Origin: Antechinus flavipes
Taxonomy: Eukaryota
NCBI RefSeq assembly: GCF_016432865.1
Contig: NC_067398.1
Location: 55,490,001 to 55,554,000, forward strand
Reading direction: 5' to 3'
DNA: 64,000 nt
Part shown: piece by piece, positions 48,050 through 61,100 of the stretch
Layout of the letters: the number at the start of each line of letters is the position of its first letter
Numbering within the stretch: position 1 is the first letter of the stretch
Position numbers and translations under genes: made by a program
The notes under the pieces: generated by a model
The model's database searches: none
What the model was told of the DNA's origin: nothing
The model's input: the letters and a program-made list of their open reading frames with translations, nothing else

Positions 48050-49050
48050 TTTTGCCCCAGGATTCCGAGAAGGGGCCTCGGGCTTCGGCAGACTGCCCAA
48101 GGGGGTCGCCGGGGCACAAAGAAGGGGAAAGCAGAGCTCGGTCAAGGTTAAGGCTCGGGCTGTGCCCAGGCCAGCCCGGCTTCCAGCTCTCCTTTCTCTG
48201 GGGTAGAAGGGGCGGGGCAATCTGACTGTCTCCGGGACCGAAAGAGCTCGGAATGAAAAAGCCCGCGGAGCCCCAAGCCTAGGAGCAAGAGGAGGGAGAA
48301 CCGGGGGGCCGGCCGCTGGGCGTGGCTTGGAGGCGGGCGCGGTCACTCCTGGGCCCTCCACTCTGCACCTCTTCCCCGAAGCTCTCCAGGCTCGGGGCGG
48401 GGTTTGAGTTGTAGTGTTTGGGTTGCTCTATTCACCCCCGTCCCCACCGAATCTCCCCCCCACCAGTCGGGGGAAACGCGGGGCAACTCTTCCCCTCTTT
48501 GCCGGCGTTTCCCTTTTGGGCTCGGCCAGCCCGTCTGGCCCTGGGCATCCAGCCTCCGGACCTCCCGCTGCCCCGGGCCCAGCTTGCAGCTTGGAAGTAG
48601 AGCCCGCGACGTGGGCGGGGACGGGGATGGCCCAGCCGGCGCGGGCGCGAATTTAGGGCGCCAGCTCTCACTCCTGCAAGCAAGAGTTAGAGGTCCCCGC
48701 GCCCACCCACTGGCTGAGTACCTGCGGGAGGCTGGAGCCAGGGAACCGCAGGAGGTGCCTGGCGGCCTCCCCGACCGGACCGGAGTGGAGGGAGGAAGTT
48801 TTGGTGAGTGCCTCGGCAGGGACTAGGGGTAGCTCTGGTGAACTGGAGTACGAGGGTCCCAGGAGGGCACCTACATTAGGGGAGGGGGCAGAGCTGGCCA
48901 GCGTGAGGGCAGGAGGCGCCGGGGAAGTGGAGGGAACAGAGGTTGAGAGCTGCTCTTGGAGCCAGAGGTTGAGTTCAAATCCTCCCTCTCCCGCTGACTG
49001 CCTTTGCCTATATACTCAAGCGCGCCAAACGTAGTTTGAACTAAATGATC
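48050..49050 (+). promoter_or_regulatory. CpG-island promoter, most likely of SLC41A3, with Sp1/GC boxes and a probable non-coding first exon ending at 48803
   Basis: Only GC- and CpG-rich segment in the window; GGGGCGGGGC at 48209-48218 and GGGGCGGGG at 48394-48402; donor TTG|gtgagt at 48803/48804; next coding exon downstream is SLC41A3. Confidence 0.8.
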
Positions 49051-52034
49051 CTTGGGTCCCTTGGAACTCTGCCCATCCCATGGTGAGTAGATCCTCTTTC
49101 CCTCTTTGAACCTCAGTTTCCTTTCCTGTAAAGGGAGACATGTAGACAAAATGAAGCGGCGAGTTCATTCCGGTCACACGTCTATTATCCACTGACTCTG
49201 GCTTTGGTGGGTCTCCTGCCCTTCTCTTTACAGACTGCTTTTCCTGGGGGCACCCTGGGCCCCCCCCCTGCCCCTGCTAAAGTCGGAGTAAAGGGATCTG
49301 ATGAAATGCTTCACACTTAGGAGTTGTGACTTAACATGGAGAGGTAATGTGATGTTGTGGCAGAGCCCCAGCCTTGTCAGCAGGAGGCCTGGGTTAGAGT
49401 CTTGGCTCTGCCAGCCCGGAGTGGGCACTTAGCTTCTCTGAACCGCAGGCAACTCATAGTACTATTGGGATATTAATGAGGCACTGGATGAAAAAGCAGG
49501 AGACATATTACTCATTACCCAGGGTCCTAAATCAGTCACTTTTTCCTACGCCCCAATTGGGTCATTAATCATCTCCAGGATTTAAGATTTCTAAAGTCCC
49601 TTCCTGTTTCACATTGTTTCTAGTAAGTACTTGTATTAATTACTTCAATAATAGTCTTTATCATATAAATGTTGCTTGCTGGCAGAATCCATTTCCAGAA
49701 GGGCTTTGCATTTTAAAGGGGAGCCTAGAAAGTGGGGAAAGCAAGATGCTGGATCTAGAGCAGTGAATCCCCCTAATAATGCCACTTTGGTAGGGATTCT
49801 AGCTTTATAAGGCTATTTGGAAGACATAGAACCAACCTACTTTAAGACACTTATTTTATGCTACTTCCTTCTCTTCTACTACACAAAATGGACTTTTAGC
49901 TGCTCATTGGCCTTCTCTTATCTGCCTCTAGTTGGCTAAAACTGGAGCTTCCCCCCATGATTTGCTAGTTGAAATCTTTTTTCTTCCAGGCCCAACTCAG
50001 GTATGACAGGGTAACACTTTAATTTGTAAGAGATTAAGCCTATTGACTTAATTTTTATTTTTACAGGAGAGGAACTGAGGCTTCCAGAGATTATAAAACT
50101 TGGTCAATGTTACACTGGTAATAAGACTGGGATCAAGATATCACACCTTCTCACTCCAAATCCATATACCTGTCTCATACCTTACTCTTGTTCTCCTTTC
50201 CTTTCCCCAGTTGAAAGCACAATTTCTCTTATGTTTCTTAAAGTATTTTTTTCCAGACCTCTTCCTTCGCTCTTGCTACAGTCCACCTTCTATATTATTT
50301 GTCTACTGTCATAGTACCATCTTCATTACACTGTATTAATCACCTTTATTTTTTTTTCTGTCTCTATTTGGACACAATAGATATCATTTATATGGTGCCC
50401 TAAGATTTTCCTCTCTCATTTCATTTGCCTCTTTTATATTATTTGATCCTCACAATATCCACGTGAGGAAGTACCATTATTATCCCAGTTTTACAGATGA
50501 AAAAACTGAGACTGAGAAAGATTAAGGGATTTGCCCACTGTCACATAACTAGTATCTGAGGCAGGATTTGAACTTCATTCAGCCTTCCAGGCTCCAAGTC
50601 CACTGTACCATCTTACTGTCTCCTCTGTTACAATGTAAGCTTGTTTCATTCTTTGAATTTGTATGCTTAGAACATAACATAGTGCTTGCTGACACATGGT
50701 GGACACTAAGTAAATGTTTGTAGATTGAGTGTAAATGATTAGAGGTCTGTGCTTTTCTTTCTTGTATTCCTATCTTTGTCTTCCTTTTTTCCCAGAAGAG
50801 AGCAGCCTTCTTCATCCTGGATGCTTCAGTGTTTGCTCATGTGGATTCTTACAACCAAGCCAGCTGTTCTCTGTAGCCCAGGCCAGCATAGGTGCCTATG
50901 GTTAACCTCCCTGATATCAAATGGTGCTTATAATTGTAATTCATTATTAGGTTCATAACATCTGAGAGAAATCATCTAGTGTAACCCTTGACATTTTACA
51001 GAAGAGGCAGATGAGGTCCACTGAGGCAAATTGGCTTTTCTTAGGGTCACCATAACTAATGACAGAACCAATGAACAAATCAGGTGCTTTTCCCTCAACA
51101 TGCCATGTGGCTTTCCTTCCTGCTTCATTCCAAACTTGATCCCCAACTAGACTAGGATCAAGATTTAAGTCACACCTTCTCACCAAGACAATGCTTGAGG
51201 CATCCAGGAAGACCCTGGGATTTGTGAGTAGAACATTGGACAGGGAAGTCAGGAAGCTGGATTCAACCCCTGAATTTTGGTGTGAGTGTCACCTCTTTCT
51301 CTATAAAACAAATCTAACTCCCCTGCTCAATCTTCCAGGGAGGACCAAATTAGATACTGTACTTGAAAGTAAATCTGTAGATTTAAAACACTATCATTTA
51401 ATTTCTCTGCTACATGAGTGAATATGATTCCTACAAGACTAATGATGAGATTCCCTGTAATGGGAAAGTGCTCTGAAGCAGGACTCAAAGGATCTGAATT
51501 AAAATTTTGCCTGTAATACTTACTACCTGTGTAACTTGAAAAGTCACAGACTATATGATTTCTAGGATTCCTCCCAGTTCTAGATGCAGGATCCTCTTTA
51601 TCCCTCCCTAGTTTACCCTTTCTCTCAGGAAAAACCTCAAGCATTTACCCATGGCAACAAAGTTGGCTTTAGATCAAAGAATTGGAGAGTGAAGTCAACT
51701 TTTTATAGAAGACTCAGAATTTCCACCAACTCTTCATTTTCCACTAGTTGTTCTAAACATCACACCAATTCTGGGTACCCTTTGGCACCCAGCTTACTTT
51801 TATGTATTGTCTTACTTCATTTGATTGCAAGCTCCTTAAGGTCAGGGGCTGTCTTCCTTTTTCTTAGTTGTATCCCCAACGTTTAACATAATTCCTGGCA
51901 CTTAATAAATTTATATGGACTATTAACTACGCTGTATTACCCTAAGCAAATCACTTAAACTCTATCTCCATTTTCACATATGTAAAATGGGAATAATATA
52001 ATATAAGAATCGTACCTACCTCATTGAATTGTTG

Positions 52035-52594
52035 TGTGATATTTTTAAAAAGGTTCAAGAGACAGTTTTTGGGTAATTTAATGATTTTATTAATAAGGCC
52101 AACATGTTCTTAACAAAAGGATAGTAATTTGACCATCTCTCTTAGACCAAAAGCCCTTCATGATGGGCTCGAAATTTATATGCCCTTGGAAGAGTGTACC
52201 TGAGGATGGCAATCAACTCTGGTTGACAATGAGAAAATGAATATTATATAATGAAAGGGTAGGCTAAATATTACAACAAGGGTCTTGTGGTATGTGACTT
52301 GAAACACCCAAATTTTGGTCAAAAAGACTTAGGAAATTCTATATCACCTTTCAGTTAAAAGGGAGGATCCACATTTTCCCAGACCTCGTCTGAGCAAACA
52401 CAAAGAACAGGAATGTACCCATTAGGCCAGACTTAGAATTTATTTTACTAGTTGATTAAATCTTAACATAAGCAAATTTTTGCCTAAGATTTACCACACT
52501 GGTTGATTCTGAATAAGGAAGTAGACAAGTGAAAAGAACTTTCTTATTCAATAATCACTTAGTAAATACAAGAGAGAAATAGTCATTTCTCACA
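52035..52594 (-). mobile_element. Solo ERV LTR inserted into a MIR in SLC41A3 intron 1
   Basis: Termini tgtgata...tctcaca (TG...CA); 4-bp TSD gttg/attg; MIR resumes (tgaagatc) after the insert; minus-strand TATAAA 52175-52180 and AATAAA 52086-52091. Confidence 0.7.
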
Positions 52595-53745
52595 ATTGTG
52601 AAGATCAGATATGAGATATTTGTAAAGTGCTTAGTAAATCTTAAAGCACTATATGATGTTTTATATATAACATAATATAAAATAATTATAAGACTACCTT
52701 ATAATCTGCATTGGTCCCTGGGCTCCCTCTTTGTGTATTTTTACCCCACTCTCTGCCTGTGGAAGAAAAAACTGTACCTAAGTTAAAGCCAGTTTTTTTT
52801 TTGTTGTTGTTGTTTGTTTGTTTTGAGGATCAGAGTCTTCTCTAGAGTCCCCTTGAAACTACAACCTATGGGTCTTAAGACTGTGACTGATTTGACTCTT
52901 TTCTTTCAATCACTAATTTAGGAGAGAAAGCTGTTTAGCCCTACTTCTTCCCCTTTGAAGGTCAGTGTTGGGAAAATTGGGAAGGAAGGACAGCGGACAG
53001 CTGATGCTAGATTTATGGGTGCACTCTCTTTCTAACCTTACTTCATCTCAGGAAAATCAAATTAGGTAGTGTGTCATTGATCCTTCCCATTGCTTCTGTC
53101 AGCACCACATATTAGAGACTCTGGACCACGAGGGTTGCACTCACCAGTGTCAAAGGATCATTTTTATTATGGAAAATCAGCATGGGCTGTGGGCCTCTGG
53201 CCCACTTTTTTCTTTTTAACCACTAGTCCAACAAAAGGAGCTTTGTCCCTTAATGAAGTGGCCTTCAGGGCACCTTGACTAACTTGGCAAATGGTAGCGT
53301 AAAGGGAGAGCCCTGGCCTGGGAACTGCAGGATTCCAAACTTCATGGGATTAGGCCTAGCAAGAAGTCTTGTTGGGTTTGCAATAAAAATTCTTTAATGT
53401 AACTCAGGCATTAAATAACTGGGAGAATTTTATGAGTATTCAGTTATCCTGGGGTTCACAACACTTTGTTGTGGTGGTGGTTGTTCATGGAACAAAAATA
53501 AAAAATTAGGAGCCACTAATCTAGTAGAACCAGCTCATTTTGTAGAAGAGAAAAACTGAGATCTGGGGCTTCTGATTTTAGATCTATTTCAGAATCCTTT
53601 GTCCAGGTTTCATCTTTCTTAAACTGCCTCTGTTGACCAGGCCAACTGCTGATAACTCTTTTCACTCAACTTCTGAGATCCTCTGCCCTTTTATTTTGTT
53701 CGGGTTTTTTTCCCCACCTTCTCATCTTTTTCTCCTTTGTCTAAG

Positions 53746-53837
53746 TATAGCACCTGGTTTTCCTGGTGCTCTCCCATTCAAATACCAACCAGGCCTGACC
53801 CTGCTCAGCTTCCAAGATCAGATGAGATTGGGCTCGT
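53746..53837 (-). pseudogene. 5S rRNA pseudogene fragment (lacks ~24 nt of the 5' end)
   Basis: Reverse complement aligns by eye to mammalian 5S rRNA (~15 mismatches and 1 gap over ~93 nt, many CpG>TpG/CpA); degenerate box A (agctgagcagggtca) and box C (gaatgggagagcacc). Confidence 0.9.
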
Positions 53838-54075
53838 GTGGCCTCAGTCAAATTGAGACCTGTTAAAGACCTTAAATTTAAAAAGCAAACATCTCCCATT
53901 GCATCCAGGGCCCTCTCTGGTTGTCTGATCTAGATTTGGCCACTAGACCCAGATGGTTCTAGAGGGGAAAGTGAAGCTGATGACCTTGCCCAGCCTTCCT
54001 TTACTTAAATCTAATTCACTTGTATCACCTCCCTGATGTCATGGTCTTTTTTGAGAACAAAGGACAAATAACAAT
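53838..54075 (-). mobile_element. RTE-derived SINE / RTE 5' region (WALLSI-like), joined directly to the 5S fragment
   Basis: Similar to the copy at ~35210-35460 (cagtcaaactgagac...gccactggacccagatg...gaacaaaggacaaataacaa). Confidence 0.7.
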
Positions 54076-54594
54076 AACCTCTGTCAACTTCCATGGACTC
54101 CTCATCCTCTCCTCTGTGTTTTACTCTGCCTACTCATTCCCCCAGACCATGCTGTCTCTCCATTTTCCTTCTCACAGCTCTATCACTTCCATAAAGGTGA
54201 TTCCCTCCCTTCTCTCTCCAATCCCAATATCTTTTTAGAGCCCAAACCTGAATTTCCACCTGCCTCAAGGACATCTCTCTCTCTGGCTGCCCCCACCAGC
54301 TTCTCATACTTGGCATATTCAAATCAAAGCTCATTTTTCATCCCACCTAAACTATTGTCAACCTGCTTTCACCATCCTTGTCTGGTATCTCTATCTACCT
54401 GGCTTCTTGTATCTGTAACCTTGGGGCTGCTTCTGGCTATTCCCCTTCTCTCATCTGTCACCTATAATCATCAGACAGTCCCTAACAATTTCAGTTCTTG
54501 CACCAGCCACCTCCTTGATAGAGCCACTAACACCCTATTTGTTGTTGTTATTCAGTCATGTCCAATTCTTCCTGACCTCATTTCATTTCTTAAA

Positions 54595-54900
54595 TAGCAT
54601 TTTATTTTTCCAAATACATACAAAGATAGCTTTCAACATTCATTTCTGTAAAACTTTGTTTCTAAATTTTTCTCCCTCCCTCCCTTACTTTCCTCTTCTC
54701 CAAGATAACAAGCAATCTGATATAGGTTAAATATGTGCAATTCTTATAAACATATTTGCATATTTGTTGTGTTGTACAAGAAAAATGAGCTCAAGAGAGA
54801 AAAAAATATGGGAAAGAAAAAAAGCATACAAATAACAAAAAAGTGAAAATACTATGATCTGAACCACATTCAGTCTTTTTAGTTCTCTTTCTCCAGATTT
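54595..54900 (-). mobile_element. L1 3'-end fragment; similar copies at 56205-56530 and ~61950-62070
   Basis: ttttcaaaatacatgcaaagata...caagtaatccaatataggttaaacatgtgc, same type as 43615-43960. Confidence 0.75.
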
Positions 54901-57900
54901 TCCATCCCAAGCTTGACCCTGTTTTTTGGCAGAGATACTGCAATGGTTTGCCATTTCCTTCCCTCATTTTACAGATGAGGAAATTGAGGCAATCAAGGTG
55001 AAATGATTTGCCCACGGTCACACAGCTAGTATCTGAAGCTAGTCTTGATCTCAGATCTTATTGATTGCTGTTCCTCTATCCACCCCATTATACTGCTGTA
55101 TCATAGATCTCATTGCCACTTCTCTGGATTTTTATTGTAATAGTCTTTTTATAGGTCTCTTCATCTCCATTCAACCCTTCCTATCACAATCTGTAGATCT
55201 AGTTTTGTTTCTCCTATTCAGATGCTTCACTAGCTCTGCGTCTTTTTAAAGTTTTCACTGCTTCAAGACCCTCCAGATGATCTTTCCAACCTTGTTGAGT
55301 CATGTTTGTCCGCCTGTTAGTGACCCCATTTGGGAGGCATACATACTGGAATGGTTTGCCATTTCCTTCTCCAGCCCCTTTCCAGATGAGAAAAGAGAGG
55401 CAAATTGAGGGTTTCAGTGAGTTGCTCAAGCCACATACCTAGTAAGTGTTTTGACCTCAAGAAGACAAGCATTCCTGGTCTCAGGCCCTGCCACTATCTG
55501 CTATGATACCTCACTGCTGCCTTTCTAACCTTGTCTCATATATCCTTTTAATGTTCTCTATGTACCAATTAAACTGTCTGTCACTCTTCTCTAGCCATGT
55601 CCTGTGCTCTCAGACCTCCTGGCTTCTTTGATTAAGCTGCTTGCTGTTCCCTATAACAGGGATTCAGTTCAACAGACATGAATTAAGTTACTGTGTTTAA
55701 AATTAAATTAATCTATTTTTAAAATTAAGTTAAACTAATGTTTAAAATTAAATTATGTCCTGGGCACTTTTAGCTACAGAGCTCCAGGAGCTTACACTCT
55801 ATTCCAGGGATACTGATTTCAACTTATAAAGAAGATCTCAACTCAAATGCCATATTCTCTATGAAACCTTCCTTGATTCCTCCCTCCTCCTCCCTCCCCC
55901 CCCCCCCCAATTTGGTGTCTATCTTCCTCCTCACACTTCACCTAGCACTTGGTTTTGGAACCTTCCAATGTACATATCATGCAATATTGTATATTACAAT
56001 ATTGTAATGCTTAGAATATCTTACCCCCTAATTTAACTGTAAACTCCTTAAAAGCAGAGACCATATCCAACTGTGTCTTATTGAAATTAAAGCTCTTTCA
56101 AGGCACCTGTCCTATACTTAGCACACAATCGGTGGTTGAATTTGCACTATACTACACTCAAGCCCTGACTCTGCCTGTAGCTCAGAGGTTTATAGACTTT
56201 TTATAACAGTATCTTGTTATTTTTCAAAATACATGCAAAGATAACTTTCAACATTTGTCCTTGCAAAACCTTGTGTTCCAATTTTTTCTCTTTTCCTTTG
56301 TACCTTCCCTCTCCCCTAGACAGCAAGTAATCCAATATAGGTTAAACATGTGCAGTTCTTCTAAACATAGTTCCACATTTATCATGCTGCACAAGAAAAA
56401 TCAGATCAAAAACAGAAAAATGAGAAAGAAAAAAACAAGCAAGCAATAAAAAAGGTGAAAATACTACATTGTGATCCCCATAGTTCTCTTTATAGATATA
56501 GATGGCTCTCTCCATCACAAGTCTATTGGAATAGAGGTTCATAGATGTCAGAATTAATAGGGACCCAAGAGATTCTGGATGTTTTCAGGTTGCTCCTGTG
56601 TAACTAGAGATATAGACATATAATCTAGCAGTGCCAGAATTAGAAGCAATCTTAGAGAGCATTTAGACTAGACCTTTCCCTCTTTTTTAACAGAAGAAGA
56701 AACTGAAACTCAGAGGTGAAATGACATTAGTTTACTCAGGTGGTAAGTGGCAGATATAGAATTTGAACTCAGGTCCTTCCTCCTACCCTAGCATCTATTC
56801 CATGACAACATTCTGCTCATCAGCACTCCCTACTTCACAGTATTTAGATTAAATGAGACAAAGATTTAAAAATGCTTTGTGTGAGGGTGAGATATTTTCT
56901 TGAGATGGCATGGTAGCAGGAGAAGACCAGTCAGAAGACTTGGATTTAAAATCCACTTCTTATATTTATCATCTGGGTGATGTGCAAATCAGTTTATCTT
57001 CCCAGGTTTCAGTTCCCTCCTCTGTCCAATGAGGAGCTTGATTATGATGGACTCTGAGGTGCCTCCCAGCCTTATATGTATCATTATTTTCTTTATTGGA
57101 TCTTCTTGTATCATCAGTTTACGTCCCTATGAGATCCAGCAAGTCAAGTAAAAGAGTCACCTTTTGTCCTTCTGTCTGCAGATAACATGGCCCTTTCATC
57201 TCAGTTTCTCATTGGTGTATATGTCCTTGACTTCCAAATATTTTTGGTTTTCTTGATCACAGAGTGAACAGATATCTGTTTCTGAAATATGTCTATGATC
57301 TTTCTCTGATAGAAGTAAAGATAATGTAATCTCCATCTCTGTCTCCAACAGATAAAGAGAAAGTAATTTCTGTCTGTATCTTTAATTCTGTCTTTCTCAA
57401 AAAGAGATAAAATAATTTCTGCCTAGATTATCCAGACCTAGATTTTTCAGATATTCTCAAGGTTCTAACTCATCATAAACAGATATCATTATTTTCCCCC
57501 ATGAATAATCACTCCTTTCCTAGGTATCTCCTAACCACTTCTCATGTACTAGCAATGTCTCAAAGTTCACAATATTAGAGATTTTTTTGGTTTCATTTTC
57601 TCCTTCTCTCTTATTCCCTATTCATCACCAAATCTTCCCTTTTCTTCCTCTCTGATCTGTGGTTTAGCTTTGTGGGCTCACTACCTTAGTCTGGTCCTTG
57701 GCGACTTAGATTGGGCATATGGGTAGGTTCTCATTAATTCATTCTATCTGTGCTGCTTTTCAAGGACCTACTGTACACAGAGTCATACTAGGGGCTTAAT
57801 GAGGGAAGGTAGGGTCCCTGCCATCATAGAGATGACAATCTAGTAAGGGGTATAATGCATAATAAATTCTTGATAAAAATTAGTGAAGGACACGACAACA

Positions 57901-58759
57901 GCTTCCCTCTGTGGGCCTCCACATCATCTATGAAATGAGAGAATTAGATTGGATAGTCTCTAAGGTCCTTGTAGCTCTAATAGTCTGAAACTAATTAAGT
58001 TCCTCCATTGGAATAAAACAAGGACAAAAAGTCAAATTCATTTTGTTTCTAAATAGGTTAGAATGCTTGTATGTCATATTCTCAGCACCAAACTCAGGAA
58101 TTGGCATATAGTAGGTGCTTAATAAATGTTCATTAATTCAGGTCAAACACATCCTTCCCTCAATTGATCTCCCTCTTTTCATCACCTTCATTCGTCTTTC
58201 TCCAATTTTTCTTCTAATTTTTCTTCACTTTTTCCAAGATGGAGAACCCCACCTAAGTGCAGCCTTCTCGTTTTCTTAGATATATTTTGTTGCAGATTCC
58301 TGCCCCTGCACCTTTGCTTATACTCTTTCCTTACCCAGGATGCCTTTCCTGTTTTCCATATGTTGATTCATGAAGGCAAATTTGAAGTCTGATCTCTCAT
58401 GTAAAGCCTTTCCTATGGACTCTAGTCTTCACTCTTCTGAACTTCCAAAGCTCTTACAGGCTGAAAATCTATTGAGTAGTCGAGGCAGGCAGGGCTGTAG
58501 GAGTTCAGAGAGGGGAGAAGTCTTGACAGTCTGGAGTGAGATATAGTTTCTTGGAGGATATAATATTTGAGATACTTCTGAAGAAAGGATAGGCTAACAA
58601 AATGTTAGAGTTAAGTCAAAGATAGCTTCTATGAAATGGGGGCAGGAAGCATAAAACTATTCATTTATTCACTAATGCTTAAAATTTTATTACTAGATCT
58701 TCATTCCTTTAGCTTAAGGCTTTGGTCTGTCACTATTAAAAATACTTATTTACCTGGGA

Positions 58760-61100
58760 TCAGTCAATCAGCAGGTATTTATTTAGCACTTGTTATGTTC
58801 CAGGCATTATGGTAAGCAGCTACAAATAAAATGAATCATAATCCCTGCTAAGGATTAAGGAGTATTAGGAAGGAAATTTCTTGTAGAAGGTGGGATTTTA
58901 TCAGACTTGAAGGTGATGAGGAAGGAGAGAATTGTAAACACGGGCAGCTTGTGGAATTTCCTGGAGTGGAAAGAAAATGAAATGTCCTATGTAAGGAATA
59001 ACAAAGAGGCCAATGTCTTTGTATAGAGGTGTTTGTAGAGGAGGTAGAGAGATGTAAGGTGTGAAAAGATTGGAAAAGTAGGAAGGGAGGAAATGACAAA
59101 GAGCTTTCAGAGCCAGAGGATTCTGGGTAGAATAGGGAACCATGGAAATTTTCTGAATTGGGGAAGGTGGAAGGTGACATAGGCCTGTGCTTTAGGAAGA
59201 TCAATTTGACAAATGAGTAAGAGTAGGTGTGAAGGAGAGGGGACCATCATGAAGGCCTTTCATTAGTCTAAATGTGAGGCAATAAGAACCTCCCACAAGG
59301 GAGGTGCTGCCATGTGTCAGAGGAGAGAAGGGAGCACAGGTGAGAGATGCTCCAAAGGCAGAATCAACAGAACTTACCTCATTAAATATCAAGTAATGAG
59401 AGAGTGAAGAATTACTGAATGACACTGAGATTCCGAGCTTGGGTGAGTGGGAGGATAGTGGTGCCTTCAAATTAATTAGAAAGTTTAAAAATGAGTTTAA
59501 AAGAAAGTTTTTGGGGAAGGAAAATAATCAGCATAGTTTGATATGTTGAAATTAAGATGCCTATGGGATGTCCAGTTTGGGATGGCCAACAGGTAGTTGA
59601 GGTTGTGAAGAGAGAATCAAGAACTAGATAAATAGATCTGAGAAGCATCTGGATAGAAATGATTGTTTAGTCCATGGGAACTGATGAAATGGCTGAGTGT
59701 GTGAAAGTCATGCCTTAGAAACCTAGAGAGAAGAGGATAGCAAGAAAACTAGTGAGATCAAGAGTGCCAGAGGTAGTAGAGGTCAAGAAGGATGAGGATC
59801 GTTAAAAAGCCTTTTTTGTTGTTATTCAGTCATGCTGGACTCTTTGTGACCCCATTTGGATTTTTTTTTTGGCAAAGATCCTGCAGTGGCTTGCCGTTTC
59901 CTTCTCAAGTTCATTTTACAGATGAGGAAACTGAGGCAAAATGTGTTAAGTCACCTGCCCAGGGTCACACGGCTCGTAAGTGTTGGAGGCCAAATTTGAA
60001 CTGAGGATTTCCTGCCTCCAGAACCATCTTTCTGCCCCTGGGAAGATCATTAGATTTGGCAATTAAAACAGCATTGATAACTTTGTTTCCCCTGCTACCA
60101 TATTTAAGTTTTATGAAAAAGAAGCAAACAAAGTAGAGATTGTGAAAAAGCCTTTTTTAGTTCCAATGATATTGATAAATCCCAGAGAGAAGGAAGAGCT
60201 GCCAGGTGTTCACCAGGAAGAGCTCACCGGGATGGAGCAGGAGTGGGAACAGGTGTGCTTTTCTCCCCAGCTACCCACCATGCTTTGGGCTCTGGAGAAA
60301 GGGTCTCATTTGGTGCTGTGGCCCTGGGGGAAGGGTTCATGCAAACCTTGGGCATTCTTGGTGAGGTGCAGGTTGGATTCTAACCTAGGAATCTAGAATT
60401 TGGCGTGGAAGCAAGAGCTCCTGAGAAGACCAGGAAGGTATTGGGAGTAATTTGAATTGTATGATGAAGTTATAAGCCAGACTGGAAAGAGAGAGGAGAG
60501 GAAGAGGAAGGACTTAAATAAAGCAGCTTTAACAAGGAGTTTAGCCACAAAAGGGAGGAGAGCTATAGGATGCAAGCCAGCAGGGATGGTAGGATCAAAT
60601 AAGGATTTTTTGAGGATGGAGAAGATGTAGGCCTGAGTTTAGAAAACAGCTGTCAACAGGTGAAGATGAAAGATTTGGGAGAGAATGGAGGAACAGAGGA
60701 ACAATTCTCTGCTAGAGAAGACAGATTGGAAAGGGATCCATTGTGCATGAAGAAGGTTTTGCCTTGGCAAGGAGAACAGCCACTTTTTCACATGAAACAA
60801 GTAAAAGACCAAAAAGCCTGGCATCTTAGTGATGGAAGAAGTTCTTGGCAACAGGTCTTTTTTGAAGTGAAATATGAGGTGAAGTTCTTCTCTGAGAAGC
60901 CAGAAGAGGTTGGAGAAGGGATGGACAGGCTTGGAAAAATCTCCTGTGGGGATAGTGAAGTTGAGAAAGGGCATTGGCAGTTGGTGGGTGGGGGAGGGGA
61001 GTCAGGCAAGACTTCACATAGAAAGTAGTTTTTGAGATGCTTCTTGAGGGAAACTAGGGGTCGTAGAGGAGAGAGCGCATTCCAGACCCAGCAAATGACC
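58760..61100 (-). mobile_element. Long L2 fragment interrupted by SINEs
   Basis: L2 3' tail antisense (cagtcaatcagcaggtatttatttagcac) followed by purine-rich L2 ORF2-antisense body. Confidence 0.65.

Noticed and set aside
47978-49149. Overlapping ORFs in the CpG island as coding genes
   Set aside because: GC-rich sequence has few stops; the Pro/Ala/Gly/Arg-rich translations in several frames show no recognisable domain
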